64,000 nucleotides of DNA from Roseburia sp. (GCA_045121975.1 JBGVHB010000059.1:16337-80336), one strand, 5' to 3'. Positions 38,626 through 49,403 are shown, counted from the stretch's first letter. Notes: generated by a model from the sequence alone, not told the origin. Translations and numbers: made by a program.

Positions 38626-39990
38626 ATGGTCGCAAAAACATCCGTTATTAAAGAATTAGAAGCACTGTTTGCTGAAAGCGGCAATCAGCTTTGTATTGTA
38701 TATGGAAGAGAAGATTCTGAAAAAGAACAGCTCCTAAAAGCTTTTTTACAAAACAAAAAGAGCTTTTATTATCGCGCAAGATGTGCATCGGTAGAGGAAC
38801 AGCTACAGCAGATGGGAAGAGAAATCGCAGCGCGTTTTGATACATCAATTACGAAATATACCTATGAGGAATATTTGAAACGAATCAAAAGCGGCGGACC
38901 AGAAAAGCTTGTGCTTGTGATTGATGAGTTTCAGTTAATGGCGAAAAAGGATGCTTCTTTTATGGAAGCAATTTTAAAATTAAAAGAGCGCAGACTTTAT
39001 CCAGGGCCTGTTTTGATTCTTCTTTGCAGTTCATCACAGGTGTGGGTGGAAAAGGATTTTGTAAATCAGCTTGAGGAATCAGACATTAAGAAAATCGACA
39101 AACAGATTCGAATTAAAAATTTAAATTTCTTAGAGGTTGTACGGGCGTTTCCTGAGTATCAGGTCAGCGACTGCATCAAGGTATATGGAATTATTGGTGG
39201 CGTGGCAGGTTACATCAATCATTGGGACCAGCGGGTTGATTTAAAGACAAATATCTGTAGGAATATCCTTTCGAGAAATGGCTATATGAATCAGGCGGCA
39301 GAGCGGTTGATTTCGTCAGAACTGCGCGAACTTTCCGTTTACGAGACGATTCTTTCTTATATAGCTGCCGGTTATGATAAACTGAATGATTTATATTTGA
39401 AGACAGGATTTTCCAGAGCAAAAATCAGTGTTTATATGAAAAATCTGGCAGCCTTTGATATTATCGAAAAAGTTGTTTCCTTTGAAACAGGCGGCTGGGA
39501 AAATGCGAAAAAAGGTGTTTATCGGATAAAAGACCATTATGTGAATTTCTGGTTTCATTTTATTTATCCGCATTTATCAGACCTTTACATGATGAGCACA
39601 GAGCAGTTCTATAATACTTATATTGAGCCGGGTTTAGATGAATATTTGAGCAGATATTTTATCGAGGTCTGCATGGAGTATTTAGGGCTTTTAAATATTG
39701 TAGGAAAGCTTCCGATGAAGCTTACAAAAATGGGTACATGGATTGGAAAAGAGGGCAATATTGATATCGTTGCGCAGAACAGTGTGCGTGAAAAAATTGC
39801 CTGCCGATGCAACTGGAATGCACCGGAATTTACAATGGACATGTGCGAGGAGCTTTTTGCCAATATGCAGAAAGCGAAAATTGATGCAAAATATTATTTC
39901 CTGTTTTCTGCACAGGGATTTTCAGAGAAACTGGTAAAAAAAGCAGAAGAAGATAAATCATTTATATTAATCGATATGAATGAATTGTAA
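38626..39990 (+). CDS. Archaeal-type AAA ATPase + wHTH + DUF234-like domain with degenerate catalytic motifs
   Basis: IVYGREDSEKE in place of Walker A; LVIDEFQ; YRIKDHYVNFWF; IDIVA..RCNW. Confidence 0.8.
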   Translation: MVAKTSVIKELEALFAESGNQLCIVYGREDSEKEQLLKAFLQNKKSFYYRARCASVEEQLQQMGREIAARFDTSITKYTYEEYLKRIKSGGPEKLVLVIDEFQLMAKKDASFMEAILKLKERRLYPGPVLILLCSSSQVWVEKDFVNQLEESDIKKIDKQIRIKNLNFLEVVRAFPEYQVSDCIKVYGIIGGVAGYINHWDQRVDLKTNICRNILSRNGYMNQAAERLISSELRELSVYETILSYIAAGYDKLNDLYLKTGFSRAKISVYMKNLAAFDIIEKVVSFETGGWENAKKGVYRIKDHYVNFWFHFIYPHLSDLYMMSTEQFYNTYIEPGLDEYLSRYFIEVCMEYLGLLNIVGKLPMKLTKMGTWIGKEGNIDIVAQNSVREKIACRCNWNAPEFTMDMCEELFANMQKAKIDAKYYFLFSAQGFSEKLVKKAEEDKSFILIDMNEL

Positions 39991-40028
39991 AAACAGCCAC
40001 AAATTTGGCTGGTCGGAGGTTTAAAAGT

Positions 40029-43000
40029 TTGGCAAAATCATTAATTATTACGGAAAAACCGAGTGTCGCGCAGGAATTTGCGAAGATTCTCGGTGTCTCA
40101 GGAAGAAATGATGGATATATAGAAAATGACTCCTACGTGATTACCTGGTGTGTAGGCCACCTTGTAGAAATGGTTTACCCGGAGGAGTATGACGAGAAAT
40201 ACAAGAAATGGAGATTGGAAGATTTACCGTTTCTTCCTAAAGATTACAAATACAATGTTATTCCGGCAGTAAGCAAGCAGTATGATGTGGTACATAGAAT
40301 GCTGCACAGAGAAGATATTGATACTGTTTACTGGGCAGGCGATGCAGGAAAAGAAGGACAGACCATCGAGGAAAATATTCGTAATTTCGGTGGTGTCAGA
40401 GAAGGCATGAAGGAACTTCGTGTCTGGATTGACTCTCAGACAGAGGAAGAAATCAGAAGAGGAATTGCAGAAGCAAAACCAATGTCAGATTACGCAAACC
40501 TTGGAAAATCAGGAATTATGCGTACTATCGAAGACTATGCGATGGGAATTAACTTTTCAAGGGCAATGTCTGTAAAATATGGAAATCTGTTAAATGATGC
40601 AGCAGGTACACAAAGCTACACCGCGATTGCAGTCGGAAGAGTTATGACCTGTGTGCTTGGCATGGTTGTAATTCGTGAACGTGAAATCCGAAATTTTAAC
40701 GAGACACCATTTTATCGTGTGATGGGAAGCTTTGCACCAGCAGGCATGGGAAATGATGCTACAGCACAAAACGGAATTGCACAGGCAGAATGGAAAGCAG
40801 TCGAGGGTTCAAAATATTTTGAATCCCCAGTTTTATATAAAGAAAATGGTTTTAAAAAGCAGGAAGGTGCAGAAAATTTAATTTCTGAATTGACTGGAAA
40901 GCGTGCAGTTGTTGCTTCGATTGAGAAAGGAATTTCAAGAAAAAAAGCACCTCTTTTATTTAACTTAGCAGAATTACAGGCGGAATGCTCAAAACGTTTT
41001 AAAATCAGCCCGGATGAGACATTACAGGTGGCACAGGATTTATACGAAAAGAAGCTTACAACCTATCCAAGAACGGATGCGCGAGTGCTTTCTACTGCTG
41101 TTGCAAAGGAGATTGGTAAAAACATCAGCCGCTTAAAAGGCTATGAGCCGACAGCACAGTTCGTAGAGCGCATTATGAAGGAAGGGCTTCATTATAATAT
41201 CGCAAAAACGCAGTATACAGATGATTCGAAAATCACTGACCATTATGCGATTATTCCAACCGGGCAGTTGACAGAGTTAAATTCGTTGACACCATTACAA
41301 AGAAGCGTGTTTGATTTAATCGTGCGACGTTTTTTAAGTATATTTTATCCGGCGGCAGAGTATCAGAATGTAAAGCTTGTGGTAGAAATCAAGCATCCGG
41401 GAAAAACAGCTTCCGGAGTAGAAGCTGAGACAGCAGAAAATATGGCAACAGAAGCTTTTAGTGCAGATGCCGCTTCGGAGCAAACTATTGTCGAAGGAAA
41501 AGTTTACACAGAAAAGCTTTTTGCATCTGCGAAAACCTTAAAATCCTTAGGTTATTTAGAAATTGCAGGAAGAAAACGTCCAAATCAGGAAGATGCCGAA
41601 GGAAAAGCTGACGACGAAAACGAGAACGAAGAAGAAAATGCCGGACTTTTTACAATGGCAGAAACTTTAAAAAATGGAGATGAATTAGCTGTCTGTGGTT
41701 TTGAAATTAAAGAAGGAAAAACTTCTCCGCCAAAACGCTACACCTCAGGTTCTATGGTGCTTGCTATGGAAAATGCCGGACAGTTAATCGAAGATGAGGA
41801 ACTTCGTGCACAGATTAAAGGCTCTGGAATTGGAACTTCTGCAACACGTGCGGAAATCATCAAAAAGCTGGTTCGCATCGGTTATCTGAATCTGAACAAG
41901 AAATCCCAGATTTTATCACCGGAAATGCTTGGTGAAATGGTCTATGAAGTAGTGAATATGACAGTTCCTGCATTGTTAAATCCGAAAATGACTGCTTCGT
42001 GGGAAAAAGGCTTAGACGGAATCACACGCGGAACAGTTGTCATGGAAGACTACCGCGAGAAGTTAGAGGATTTCATTCGAAGAGAAACAGTGGCAATGGT
42101 AGAGCGTGATTTAAAACAGCAGTTAATCGCGCAGATACAGCCATTAACCGGAAAAGGCTCCCGGGGAATTGCCGCCAAGAAAAAGCTTGGTATTGCCTGT
42201 CCGGTCTGTGGCGGTGAACTTGAAACCACACCATTTGGTTATGGCTGTGGCAACTATAAAAAAGACGGAAGCGGCTGTAAATTTTCTGTTGGAACGATTG
42301 CAGGACGTGACCTTTCTGAAGAAGAATTTAAGTCACTGATTACCAATAAAAAAACTGAGGTTTTAAACGGTTTTGTTTCAAAAAGCAAAAAGAAATTCAG
42401 TGGTGCGCTTGTCCTTGAAAAAGACGAAGAAGGAAAAGTAAGCATCAACTTCGATTTTTCAGAAAACAAACCGGAGGTTATTGAAGGTTTATCCTGCCCG
42501 GTCTGCGGTGGTGAAATTGCCAAAACAGCCTTTGGTTATAGCTGTGTGAAGCACTTAGAAAAGGCAGAAGACTGCTACTTTTCCATTGGAAAGCTGGCAG
42601 GGCGTGCTTTGTCGATTGATGAATTAACAGAACTTTTGACCAATAAAAGAACAGAGACGCTTCGCGGATTTAAGTCCAAGGCTGGAAATAAATTTGATGC
42701 CTGCATCGTTTTAAATCAGGAAGAAGATGGACGCATCAGCTTAAAATTTGACTTTGAGAATGTGCAGGCGGATGTGATTGCAGATGTGAAATGTCCGTCC
42801 TGTGGCGGTGCGATTGTAAAAACGCCGTTTGGCTATGCCTGTGAGCACCGCAATCGCAATATCGAAGGAAGCTGCAGCTTTGCGATTGGAAAAATGGCGG
42901 AAAAGGATTTAAATCCTGCTCAGATAAAAGAACTTTTAAATAATGGAAGAACTTCAACGATTCGTGGCTTTAAGGGAAAAAGCGGGAAAAAATTTGATGC

Positions 43001-44516
43001 CTGTGTTGCCCTTGAAAAAGATGAGACAGGAAGATTTGTTACAAAGTTTGATTTCGACCATGTAGAGATGAAAAAGGTCAAAGATGCTTTCTGCCCGAAA
43101 TGCGGTGGCGAAATCCTGGTAGTTTCTTTTGGTTATGTCTGTGCAAACCGCAATCCAAATACTGCCGATGGCTGTGATTTTGTCATTGGAAAGATTGCAG
43201 ATAAAGATTTAAACGAGGCGCAGGTGAAAGAGCTTTTAGAAAATGGAAGAACTTCAACCATCCGCGGCTTTAAGTCCAAGGCAGGAAAGAAGTTTGATGC
43301 CTGTATCACCTTTGATAAGGAAGAAGACGGCAATATCAAAGGTTTAAAATTCGATTTTGAAAATGTGGAAGCTAAAAAAGTCAAAGATGTCCGATGTCCT
43401 TTATGTAAAGGTGATATCGTGCAGACACCGTTTGGTTTTGGCTGTGCGAAATACACCAAGGATAACCCGGAAAGCTGTCGTTTTTCCATTGGTAAGATGG
43501 CGGAAAAGGCGTTAAATGAAGCGCAGGTAAAAGAATTATTAACCTATGGAAGAACTTCAACCATTCGTGGCTTTAAGTCCAAGGCTGGCAAAAAGTTTGA
43601 CGCTCGTGTTGCTTTAAATAAAGATGAAAATGGTAAAGTAACCGGATTGAAATTTGACTTTAACGACTTAGAAGCACCAAAGGTAAAAGATGTAAGATGT
43701 CCGCTTTGTGGCGGTGATATTGTGCAGACACCATTTGGCTTTGGCTGCGCGAAATATTCTAAGGACAATCCGGAAAGCTGCCGTTTTTCCATTGGAAAAA
43801 TTGCAGGTGTGAAGTTAAAGGAAGCACAGGTCAAAGAGCTTCTGATTCGAAAGAAAACTGACGTTATCAAGGGTTTTGTGGCAAAAACAGGCATGTTATT
43901 TGATGCTCCATTAAAGCTGACAGAGGATGGTCAGATTACCTTTGATTTCCCGGAGAAACCAAAGCCGGTAGAGTCACAGGTGAAATGTCCAAAATGCGAA
44001 AAGCTATTAATGAAATCCCAGTGGTATTATGAATGCGAGTGTGGCTTTAAGGTGTCCCACACTGTTGCAAAGGTTGCGCTGTCAGAAGAAGTAATTAGCG
44101 AACTTTTAACAACCGGAAAAACAAGAAATAAGGTCATTGGATTTACTTCAAAAGCAGGCAATGTATTTGATTCCTGCCTGAAATTTGAAAATGACCAGAT
44201 TAGCTTTGATTTTGATAATCCGGGCGAAAATTCTGTTTCTACTGGAGATTCGGATGAGAAACCATTCTACGAAGAGTTAGAAAATCAGCCGGTGGAATTG
44301 GGCGAACAGCCGGAAGCAGATTTTGCATCAGAACAGGATAATGCGTTTGTGGACAGTTCCAACGAAAATGACCACGCGCAGTACATTGACGACGATGTAC
44401 CACCATTTTACGATAATATGTCAGAAGATGCATTTGCGGCTGATATGGCAGCAATGCAGGAAGCAGAGGAGGCAGAGCAGATGTTAGGAGACAATTTCTT
44501 AGAGCTGTTTCAATAA
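40029..44516 (+). CDS. topB: DNA topoisomerase III with seven C-terminal Zn-ribbon repeats and an acidic tail
   Basis: ITEKPS, WCVGHL, DAGKEG, TYPRTD, DHYAIIPT, GIGTSATRA; TTG start behind GGAGGT. Confidence 0.92.
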   Translation: MAKSLIITEKPSVAQEFAKILGVSGRNDGYIENDSYVITWCVGHLVEMVYPEEYDEKYKKWRLEDLPFLPKDYKYNVIPAVSKQYDVVHRMLHREDIDTVYWAGDAGKEGQTIEENIRNFGGVREGMKELRVWIDSQTEEEIRRGIAEAKPMSDYANLGKSGIMRTIEDYAMGINFSRAMSVKYGNLLNDAAGTQSYTAIAVGRVMTCVLGMVVIREREIRNFNETPFYRVMGSFAPAGMGNDATAQNGIAQAEWKAVEGSKYFESPVLYKENGFKKQEGAENLISELTGKRAVVASIEKGISRKKAPLLFNLAELQAECSKRFKISPDETLQVAQDLYEKKLTTYPRTDARVLSTAVAKEIGKNISRLKGYEPTAQFVERIMKEGLHYNIAKTQYTDDSKITDHYAIIPTGQLTELNSLTPLQRSVFDLIVRRFLSIFYPAAEYQNVKLVVEIKHPGKTASGVEAETAENMATEAFSADAASEQTIVEGKVYTEKLFASAKTLKSLGYLEIAGRKRPNQEDAEGKADDENENEEENAGLFTMAETLKNGDELAVCGFEIKEGKTSPPKRYTSGSMVLAMENAGQLIEDEELRAQIKGSGIGTSATRAEIIKKLVRIGYLNLNKKSQILSPEMLGEMVYEVVNMTVPALLNPKMTASWEKGLDGITRGTVVMEDYREKLEDFIRRETVAMVERDLKQQLIAQIQPLTGKGSRGIAAKKKLGIACPVCGGELETTPFGYGCGNYKKDGSGCKFSVGTIAGRDLSEEEFKSLITNKKTEVLNGFVSKSKKKFSGALVLEKDEEGKVSINFDFSENKPEVIEGLSCPVCGGEIAKTAFGYSCVKHLEKAEDCYFSIGKLAGRALSIDELTELLTNKRTETLRGFKSKAGNKFDACIVLNQEEDGRISLKFDFENVQADVIADVKCPSCGGAIVKTPFGYACEHRNRNIEGSCSFAIGKMAEKDLNPAQIKELLNNGRTSTIRGFKGKSGKKFDACVALEKDETGRFVTKFDFDHVEMKKVKDAFCPKCGGEILVVSFGYVCANRNPNTADGCDFVIGKIADKDLNEAQVKELLENGRTSTIRGFKSKAGKKFDACITFDKEEDGNIKGLKFDFENVEAKKVKDVRCPLCKGDIVQTPFGFGCAKYTKDNPESCRFSIGKMAEKALNEAQVKELLTYGRTSTIRGFKSKAGKKFDARVALNKDENGKVTGLKFDFNDLEAPKVKDVRCPLCGGDIVQTPFGFGCAKYSKDNPESCRFSIGKIAGVKLKEAQVKELLIRKKTDVIKGFVAKTGMLFDAPLKLTEDGQITFDFPEKPKPVESQVKCPKCEKLLMKSQWYYECECGFKVSHTVAKVALSEEVISELLTTGKTRNKVIGFTSKAGNVFDSCLKFENDQISFDFDNPGENSVSTGDSDEKPFYEELENQPVELGEQPEADFASEQDNAFVDSSNENDHAQYIDDDVPPFYDNMSEDAFAADMAAMQEAEEAEQMLGDNFLELFQ

Positions 44517-44615
44517 GTGAAAAGAAATTTCCCTGCCGCCTTATGCAGAAATGGAGAATAAAAAATAATCTAATATAATGAAATATTTTCAATATTTAAG
44601 AAAAGAGGAACAATC

Positions 44616-45281
44616 ATGGAAAACGCAAAAATTAGTAATTTATATAATTTAGAAGAAACAATCGCAAAAGAATATGTGGCACAGTTTACTTATCCTTGGG
44701 AGGCTTTAAAAGGAATCAGTGACTTCATTAAAAAATTAGGTGCGTCTCTTGATACAGAAAAATTCGAGCAGCGCGGCGAAGATATCTGGGTGGCAAAAAG
44801 TGCAAAGGTTGCTCCGACAGCCTGTTTAAATGGCCCGCTTATCATTGATGAGGAAGCAGAAATCCGTCACTGTGCATTTATCAGAGGAAGTGCAATTGTC
44901 GGAAAAGGCTCTGTGGTTGGAAATTCTACCGAGTTAAAAAATGTTATCATTTTTAATTCCGTACAAGTACCACATTATAACTACGTTGGAGATTCCATTT
45001 TAGGTTACAAATCCCACATGGGCGCAGGCTCGATTACATCTAACGTAAAATCTGACAAGACACTTGTTGTGGTAAAAGACGGGGAAGAAAAAATCGAAAC
45101 AGGCTTGAAAAAATTCGGAGCTATGTTAGGCGATAACGTAGAAGTTGGCTGTAATTCCGTTTTAAATCCGGGAACAGTTATTGGAAGAAACAGCAATGTT
45201 TATCCATTATCTATGGTGCGTGGTGTTGTTCCTGCAAACTCCATTTATAAAAACCGTAATGAGGTAGTGGAGAAGCAGTAA
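44616..45281 (+). CDS. Hexapeptide-repeat acyltransferase (GlmU C-terminal-like)
   Basis: PHYNYVGDSILG, LGDNVEVGCNSVLNPGTVIG. Confidence 0.8.
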   Translation: MENAKISNLYNLEETIAKEYVAQFTYPWEALKGISDFIKKLGASLDTEKFEQRGEDIWVAKSAKVAPTACLNGPLIIDEEAEIRHCAFIRGSAIVGKGSVVGNSTELKNVIIFNSVQVPHYNYVGDSILGYKSHMGAGSITSNVKSDKTLVVVKDGEEKIETGLKKFGAMLGDNVEVGCNSVLNPGTVIGRNSNVYPLSMVRGVVPANSIYKNRNEVVEKQ

Positions 45282-45895
45282 TGTCAGAGAGAATTTTAAG
45301 TAAGGAAGAAAGAAAATATATAAGCAGGGCATATGGTGGGACAAAGGTCTTTGGATTATATGTGTTATGCGCTGGTTTTCTCGTATCTGTGATAGTAATG
45401 CTGACATTAATTATAACCTTTCAATTTGATGATAGTGCGGCAGCAAAAGAGTTTAACAGCGGAGCTGGTGGCATGCTTTTAGTATGTGTCATATTTGTGT
45501 TTCTGTTTCTTTTATGTATCAGGGATATTAATAAGAAGAAAGCCGTTAAAAAGGGCAGATATTCCGTAAAAGAAGGAATGGCAGAAGAATATATGCCTTA
45601 TAGCATTTCCGGTGGTGAGGAAAGTGCTTTTCCGGCAGACAATGGTGGAGAACGTACAACAGCATCCGTATCAATGAAGGATGGAGAGATATTCTTCCGC
45701 GGCAATGACGGCGTAAAGAAATTAGACTGGATTCCTTTAAAATATAGAAGTTGTCCGAAAGGGAAAAATTTGGGAGAGTTCCCGGTTTTATTAATAGAAA
45801 CGGATAATGGAGAAACCTTTGCAGTAACAGATTGGCGTAGAATTCGTGAGAATCCTGCGTATGCGCATATCAAACCCTTCATGCTTAGCTTATAA
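45281..45895 (+). CDS. Hypothetical membrane protein (2 TM)
   Basis: 204-aa ORF overlapping the upstream stop; two hydrophobic segments. Confidence 0.65.
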   Translation: MSERILSKEERKYISRAYGGTKVFGLYVLCAGFLVSVIVMLTLIITFQFDDSAAAKEFNSGAGGMLLVCVIFVFLFLLCIRDINKKKAVKKGRYSVKEGMAEEYMPYSISGGEESAFPADNGGERTTASVSMKDGEIFFRGNDGVKKLDWIPLKYRSCPKGKNLGEFPVLLIETDNGETFAVTDWRRIRENPAYAHIKPFMLSL

Positions 45896-45945
45896 TAAAA
45901 TAAAAGTAACCATAAATCATTTTTTCAGAAAGTGGGGAATGAGCT

Positions 45946-47514
45946 ATGAAAAAGAAAATTGTTATGGGAATGTTGTTGTCACTTTGCATGTTGACGTTGG
46001 CGGGTTGCGATAAGAATGCATCTTCGGGAAAAACGGAATCGCAGTCTGAAACCACTGGTACAGCCCTTGACGAGAGTGGCGGAGATGAAGCAAAAAACAA
46101 TGATGCTGTGGGCGAAGATGGTAACACTTTTTCATGGAATGAAATCACAGTTACGATTCCTGACAGTTGGAAAGAAAAATGCATTGTATTAGAGGATGAA
46201 GACGGTTTTTCTTTTTACCAGAAAGCTTCTTATGAAAAAGAAGAATACATGGGTTATCTCTGTGGAATTGTAAAAAGCGATAAACTTATGAATTATGGGG
46301 CAGGAGAAATGTTAATTGCCTACACTGAAAGCGGCAGTTTTTATTATATGATGCAGCCGACGGATGTTACTTTTGACGTGGAAAATGAAGAAACAGCGGC
46401 AGAATATCATGCGTTAATGGAAGAAATTGATGCTGTATCAGCCAGCGTTTTGATTGCAGCTGACGATATACGTTATGATGCAAATCAGTTTATTTTTCCA
46501 AACAGCAGCGTACACGAACTGGAAGATTATGAGCTTGTAAACTTAACGAATAATGAGCTTTGGATTGCCAGAAATGAAATCTATGCCCGTCATGGAAGAA
46601 CCTTCAAAAATGAATATTTGCAGAGCTATTTTAATTCCTGTAGCTGGTATCAGACGGTGGAAGGCAAGTCAGAGGTAGCAGACAGTGAGTTAAGTGAGAT
46701 TGAAAGAGCCAATCTTGAAAAAATTGTTTCCGCGGAAATTGCGTTCGATGATGCGCATCCGTATCCGGTTCAATATCAGACAGGAAGTACTGTATTAGAG
46801 GCAATTGCAGGAAATGGTTTGCTTCAGGATGTGGTTTATGAGGTAAAAGAAAAAGATGAGTACGAGTATGATTGTATTCTTACAATAGAAGGAACTGCTT
46901 ATAATCTGCAGGATTATGCCTATATGACCAGTCCGGTAACAGATGTTTTTTACATAACAGACCTTGCAGAATATGATAGTATTTCAGAAAATGATGACGG
47001 TCTTGAGATTGCGGTTTTAGATGAAGGACCAAGCAATGACCCGGTGACACATTTTTATAAATATGACGGCGAATTAAAATATATTGGTGAAGTCGGTGGA
47101 TTCCCATTCAAAGAGGAAAATTATGGCATTGATGGTTTCATATATTATAATGGTGTAAAAGGCAGAATGCGGACGGATTTGATTGAAACAGCATACATTG
47201 AGGGTTACTGGTGGTATGACGTTTCTGAGTGGAAGTTAGAGTATAGTGAGTTGGGCATGCATAAATATTTATGGTACAATGCCCACGAGCTTTTCATCGA
47301 CCTTCCAGTTTACTGTTCAATGGACGAAAATGCGCAGACAACAACGTTAAAAGCACAGAAGGAAGTTTATTTTATTGAAACAGATTTAAAAGAATGGATT
47401 CTTGTGCGTGGAAAAGATGGAACGAGCGGTTATATCCGCGTAAAAGATGGAAAAGTGTTAAATGTAAACGAACTGGCAGAAAATGTCTTCTCAGATTTAT
47501 ACTTTTTTGATTAA
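45946..47514 (+). CDS. YARHG-domain lipoprotein
   Basis: Lipobox LAGC; LWIARNEIYARHGRTF..YF..CSWY. Confidence 0.88.
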   Translation: MKKKIVMGMLLSLCMLTLAGCDKNASSGKTESQSETTGTALDESGGDEAKNNDAVGEDGNTFSWNEITVTIPDSWKEKCIVLEDEDGFSFYQKASYEKEEYMGYLCGIVKSDKLMNYGAGEMLIAYTESGSFYYMMQPTDVTFDVENEETAAEYHALMEEIDAVSASVLIAADDIRYDANQFIFPNSSVHELEDYELVNLTNNELWIARNEIYARHGRTFKNEYLQSYFNSCSWYQTVEGKSEVADSELSEIERANLEKIVSAEIAFDDAHPYPVQYQTGSTVLEAIAGNGLLQDVVYEVKEKDEYEYDCILTIEGTAYNLQDYAYMTSPVTDVFYITDLAEYDSISENDDGLEIAVLDEGPSNDPVTHFYKYDGELKYIGEVGGFPFKEENYGIDGFIYYNGVKGRMRTDLIETAYIEGYWWYDVSEWKLEYSELGMHKYLWYNAHELFIDLPVYCSMDENAQTTTLKAQKEVYFIETDLKEWILVRGKDGTSGYIRVKDGKVLNVNELAENVFSDLYFFD

Positions 47515-47560
47515 ATTAGGACTTTACTATTCAAGAAAAATGTGCGAAAATGTTTGCAGT

Positions 47561-47578
47561 ATGTTAAATGTATAACAA
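47561..47578 (+). promoter_or_regulatory. Rex-like box
   Basis: ATGTTAA-ATGT-ATAACAA versus TTGTTAA-N4-TTAACAA (2 mismatches). Confidence 0.45.
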
Positions 47579-47627
47579 ACTTTAACAGTTACAAATTACA
47601 TATTATTTATGTGAAAGGAGACTTATA

Positions 47628-48320
47628 ATGATTTACACAAAGGAAGTCGAAAACATGTGCCCAGTAGCAAAAGGCGCAAAACATGAACCAGCTCCAATTC
47701 CAGAAGAAGGAAAATGGGTTCACTCTAAAAAAATTGAAGATATCTCAGGTTTTACACATGGTGTAGGCTGGTGTGCTCCACAGCAGGGTGCATGTAAGCT
47801 CTCATTAAATGTAAAAAATGGTATTATTGAAGAAGCTTTAGTAGAGACTATCGGATGTTCTGGTATGACTCATTCAGCAGCTATGGCAGCTGAAATCTTA
47901 CAGGGTAAAACAATCCTTGAAGCTTTAAATACAGACTTAGTTTGTGACGCTATTAACACAGCTATGAGAGAATTATTCTTACAGATTGTTTACGGACGTA
48001 CACAGAGTGCATTCTCTGATGACGGTTTAGCAATCGGTGCTGGTCTTGAAGACTTAGGAAAAGGACTTCGTTCTCAGGTTGGTACAATGTACGCAACAAG
48101 AGAAAAAGGTGTTCGTTACCTTGAAATGGCAGAAGGCTATGTAACAGGTATCGCACTTGATGAAAACAACGAAGTTATCGGATACCAGTTCGTTTCTCTT
48201 GGAAAAATGACTGACTTCATCAAAAAAGGTGATGATCCTAACACAGCTTGGGAGAAAGCAAAGGGACAGTATGGTCGTGTAGCAGACGCTGCTAAGATTA
48301 TCGACCCACGTCACGAATAG
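47628..48320 (+). CDS. NifU/IscU-like Fe-S scaffold-fold protein
   Basis: WCAPQQGACK, TIGCSGMTHS, LVCDAIN; typical partner of GGGtGRT proteins. Confidence 0.8.
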   Translation: MIYTKEVENMCPVAKGAKHEPAPIPEEGKWVHSKKIEDISGFTHGVGWCAPQQGACKLSLNVKNGIIEEALVETIGCSGMTHSAAMAAEILQGKTILEALNTDLVCDAINTAMRELFLQIVYGRTQSAFSDDGLAIGAGLEDLGKGLRSQVGTMYATREKGVRYLEMAEGYVTGIALDENNEVIGYQFVSLGKMTDFIKKGDDPNTAWEKAKGQYGRVADAAKIIDPRHE

Positions 48321-48344
48321 GATAAAGGAAGGAGAACGAAAACA

Positions 48345-49355
48345 ATGGCATTATTTGAATCATATGAAAGAAGAATTCCACAGATTAACGCTGTGTTGAA
48401 TAGTTATGGTATCAGCTCTATCGAAGAAGCTGAAAAAATTACAAAAGATGCTGGACTTGATGTTTACACACAGATTAAAAACATCCAGCCAATCTGTTTC
48501 GAGAACGCTTGCTGGGCTTACATCGTAGGTGCTGCAATCGCAATCAAAAAAGGTGCTGTAAGAGCCGCTGACGCTGCTGCAGCAATCGGTGAAGGTCTTC
48601 AGGCTTTCTGTATTCCAGGTTCTGTTGCTGACCACAGAAAAGTAGGTTTAGGACATGGTAACTTAGGAAAAATGTTATTAGAAGAAGAGACAGAATGTTT
48701 CTGTTTCTTAGCAGGACATGAGTCTTTCGCAGCTGCTGAAGGTGCTATCGGTATCGCTGAAAAAGCAAACAAAGTACGTCAGAAACCATTACGCGTTGTA
48801 TTAAACGGTCTTGGAAAAGATGCTGCTCAGATTATTTCCCGTATCAACGGATTCACATTTGTTGAAACAAAATATGACTACAAAGAAGCTAAATTAAACG
48901 TAGTTTACGAAAAAGCTTACTCTGATGGACTTCGTGCAACTGTAAAATGTTACGGTGCAGACGATGTTCAGGAAGGTGTTGCAATCATGCATCATGAGAA
49001 CGTAGGTGTATCTATCACAGGTAACTCTACAAACCCAACACGTTTCCAGCATCCAGTAGCAGGTACATACAAAAAAGAATGTATCGAGCAGGGTAAAAAA
49101 TACTTCTCAGTAGCATCTGGCGGTGGTACAGGACGTACATTACATCCAGATAACATGGCTGCAGGTCCAGCTTCCTACGGTATGACAGATACAATGGGAC
49201 GTATGCATTCTGACGCTCAGTTTGCAGGTTCTTCATCAGTACCAGCTCACGTAGAAATGATGGGTCTTATCGGTGCAGGTAACAATCCAATGGTTGGTAT
49301 GACTGTAGCAGTAGCAGTAGCTATCGAAGAGGCTCACAAAGCTGGTAAATGCTAA
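48345..49355 (+). CDS. GGGtGRT-family protein
   Basis: SVASGGGTGRTLHPD signature. Confidence 0.93.
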   Translation: MALFESYERRIPQINAVLNSYGISSIEEAEKITKDAGLDVYTQIKNIQPICFENACWAYIVGAAIAIKKGAVRAADAAAAIGEGLQAFCIPGSVADHRKVGLGHGNLGKMLLEEETECFCFLAGHESFAAAEGAIGIAEKANKVRQKPLRVVLNGLGKDAAQIISRINGFTFVETKYDYKEAKLNVVYEKAYSDGLRATVKCYGADDVQEGVAIMHHENVGVSITGNSTNPTRFQHPVAGTYKKECIEQGKKYFSVASGGGTGRTLHPDNMAAGPASYGMTDTMGRMHSDAQFAGSSSVPAHVEMMGLIGAGNNPMVGMTVAVAVAIEEAHKAGKC

Positions 49356-49403
49356 TTATTCTATACGAGTTTGAATTGAAGAAATTCAGTTGAATGAATA
49401 GCT

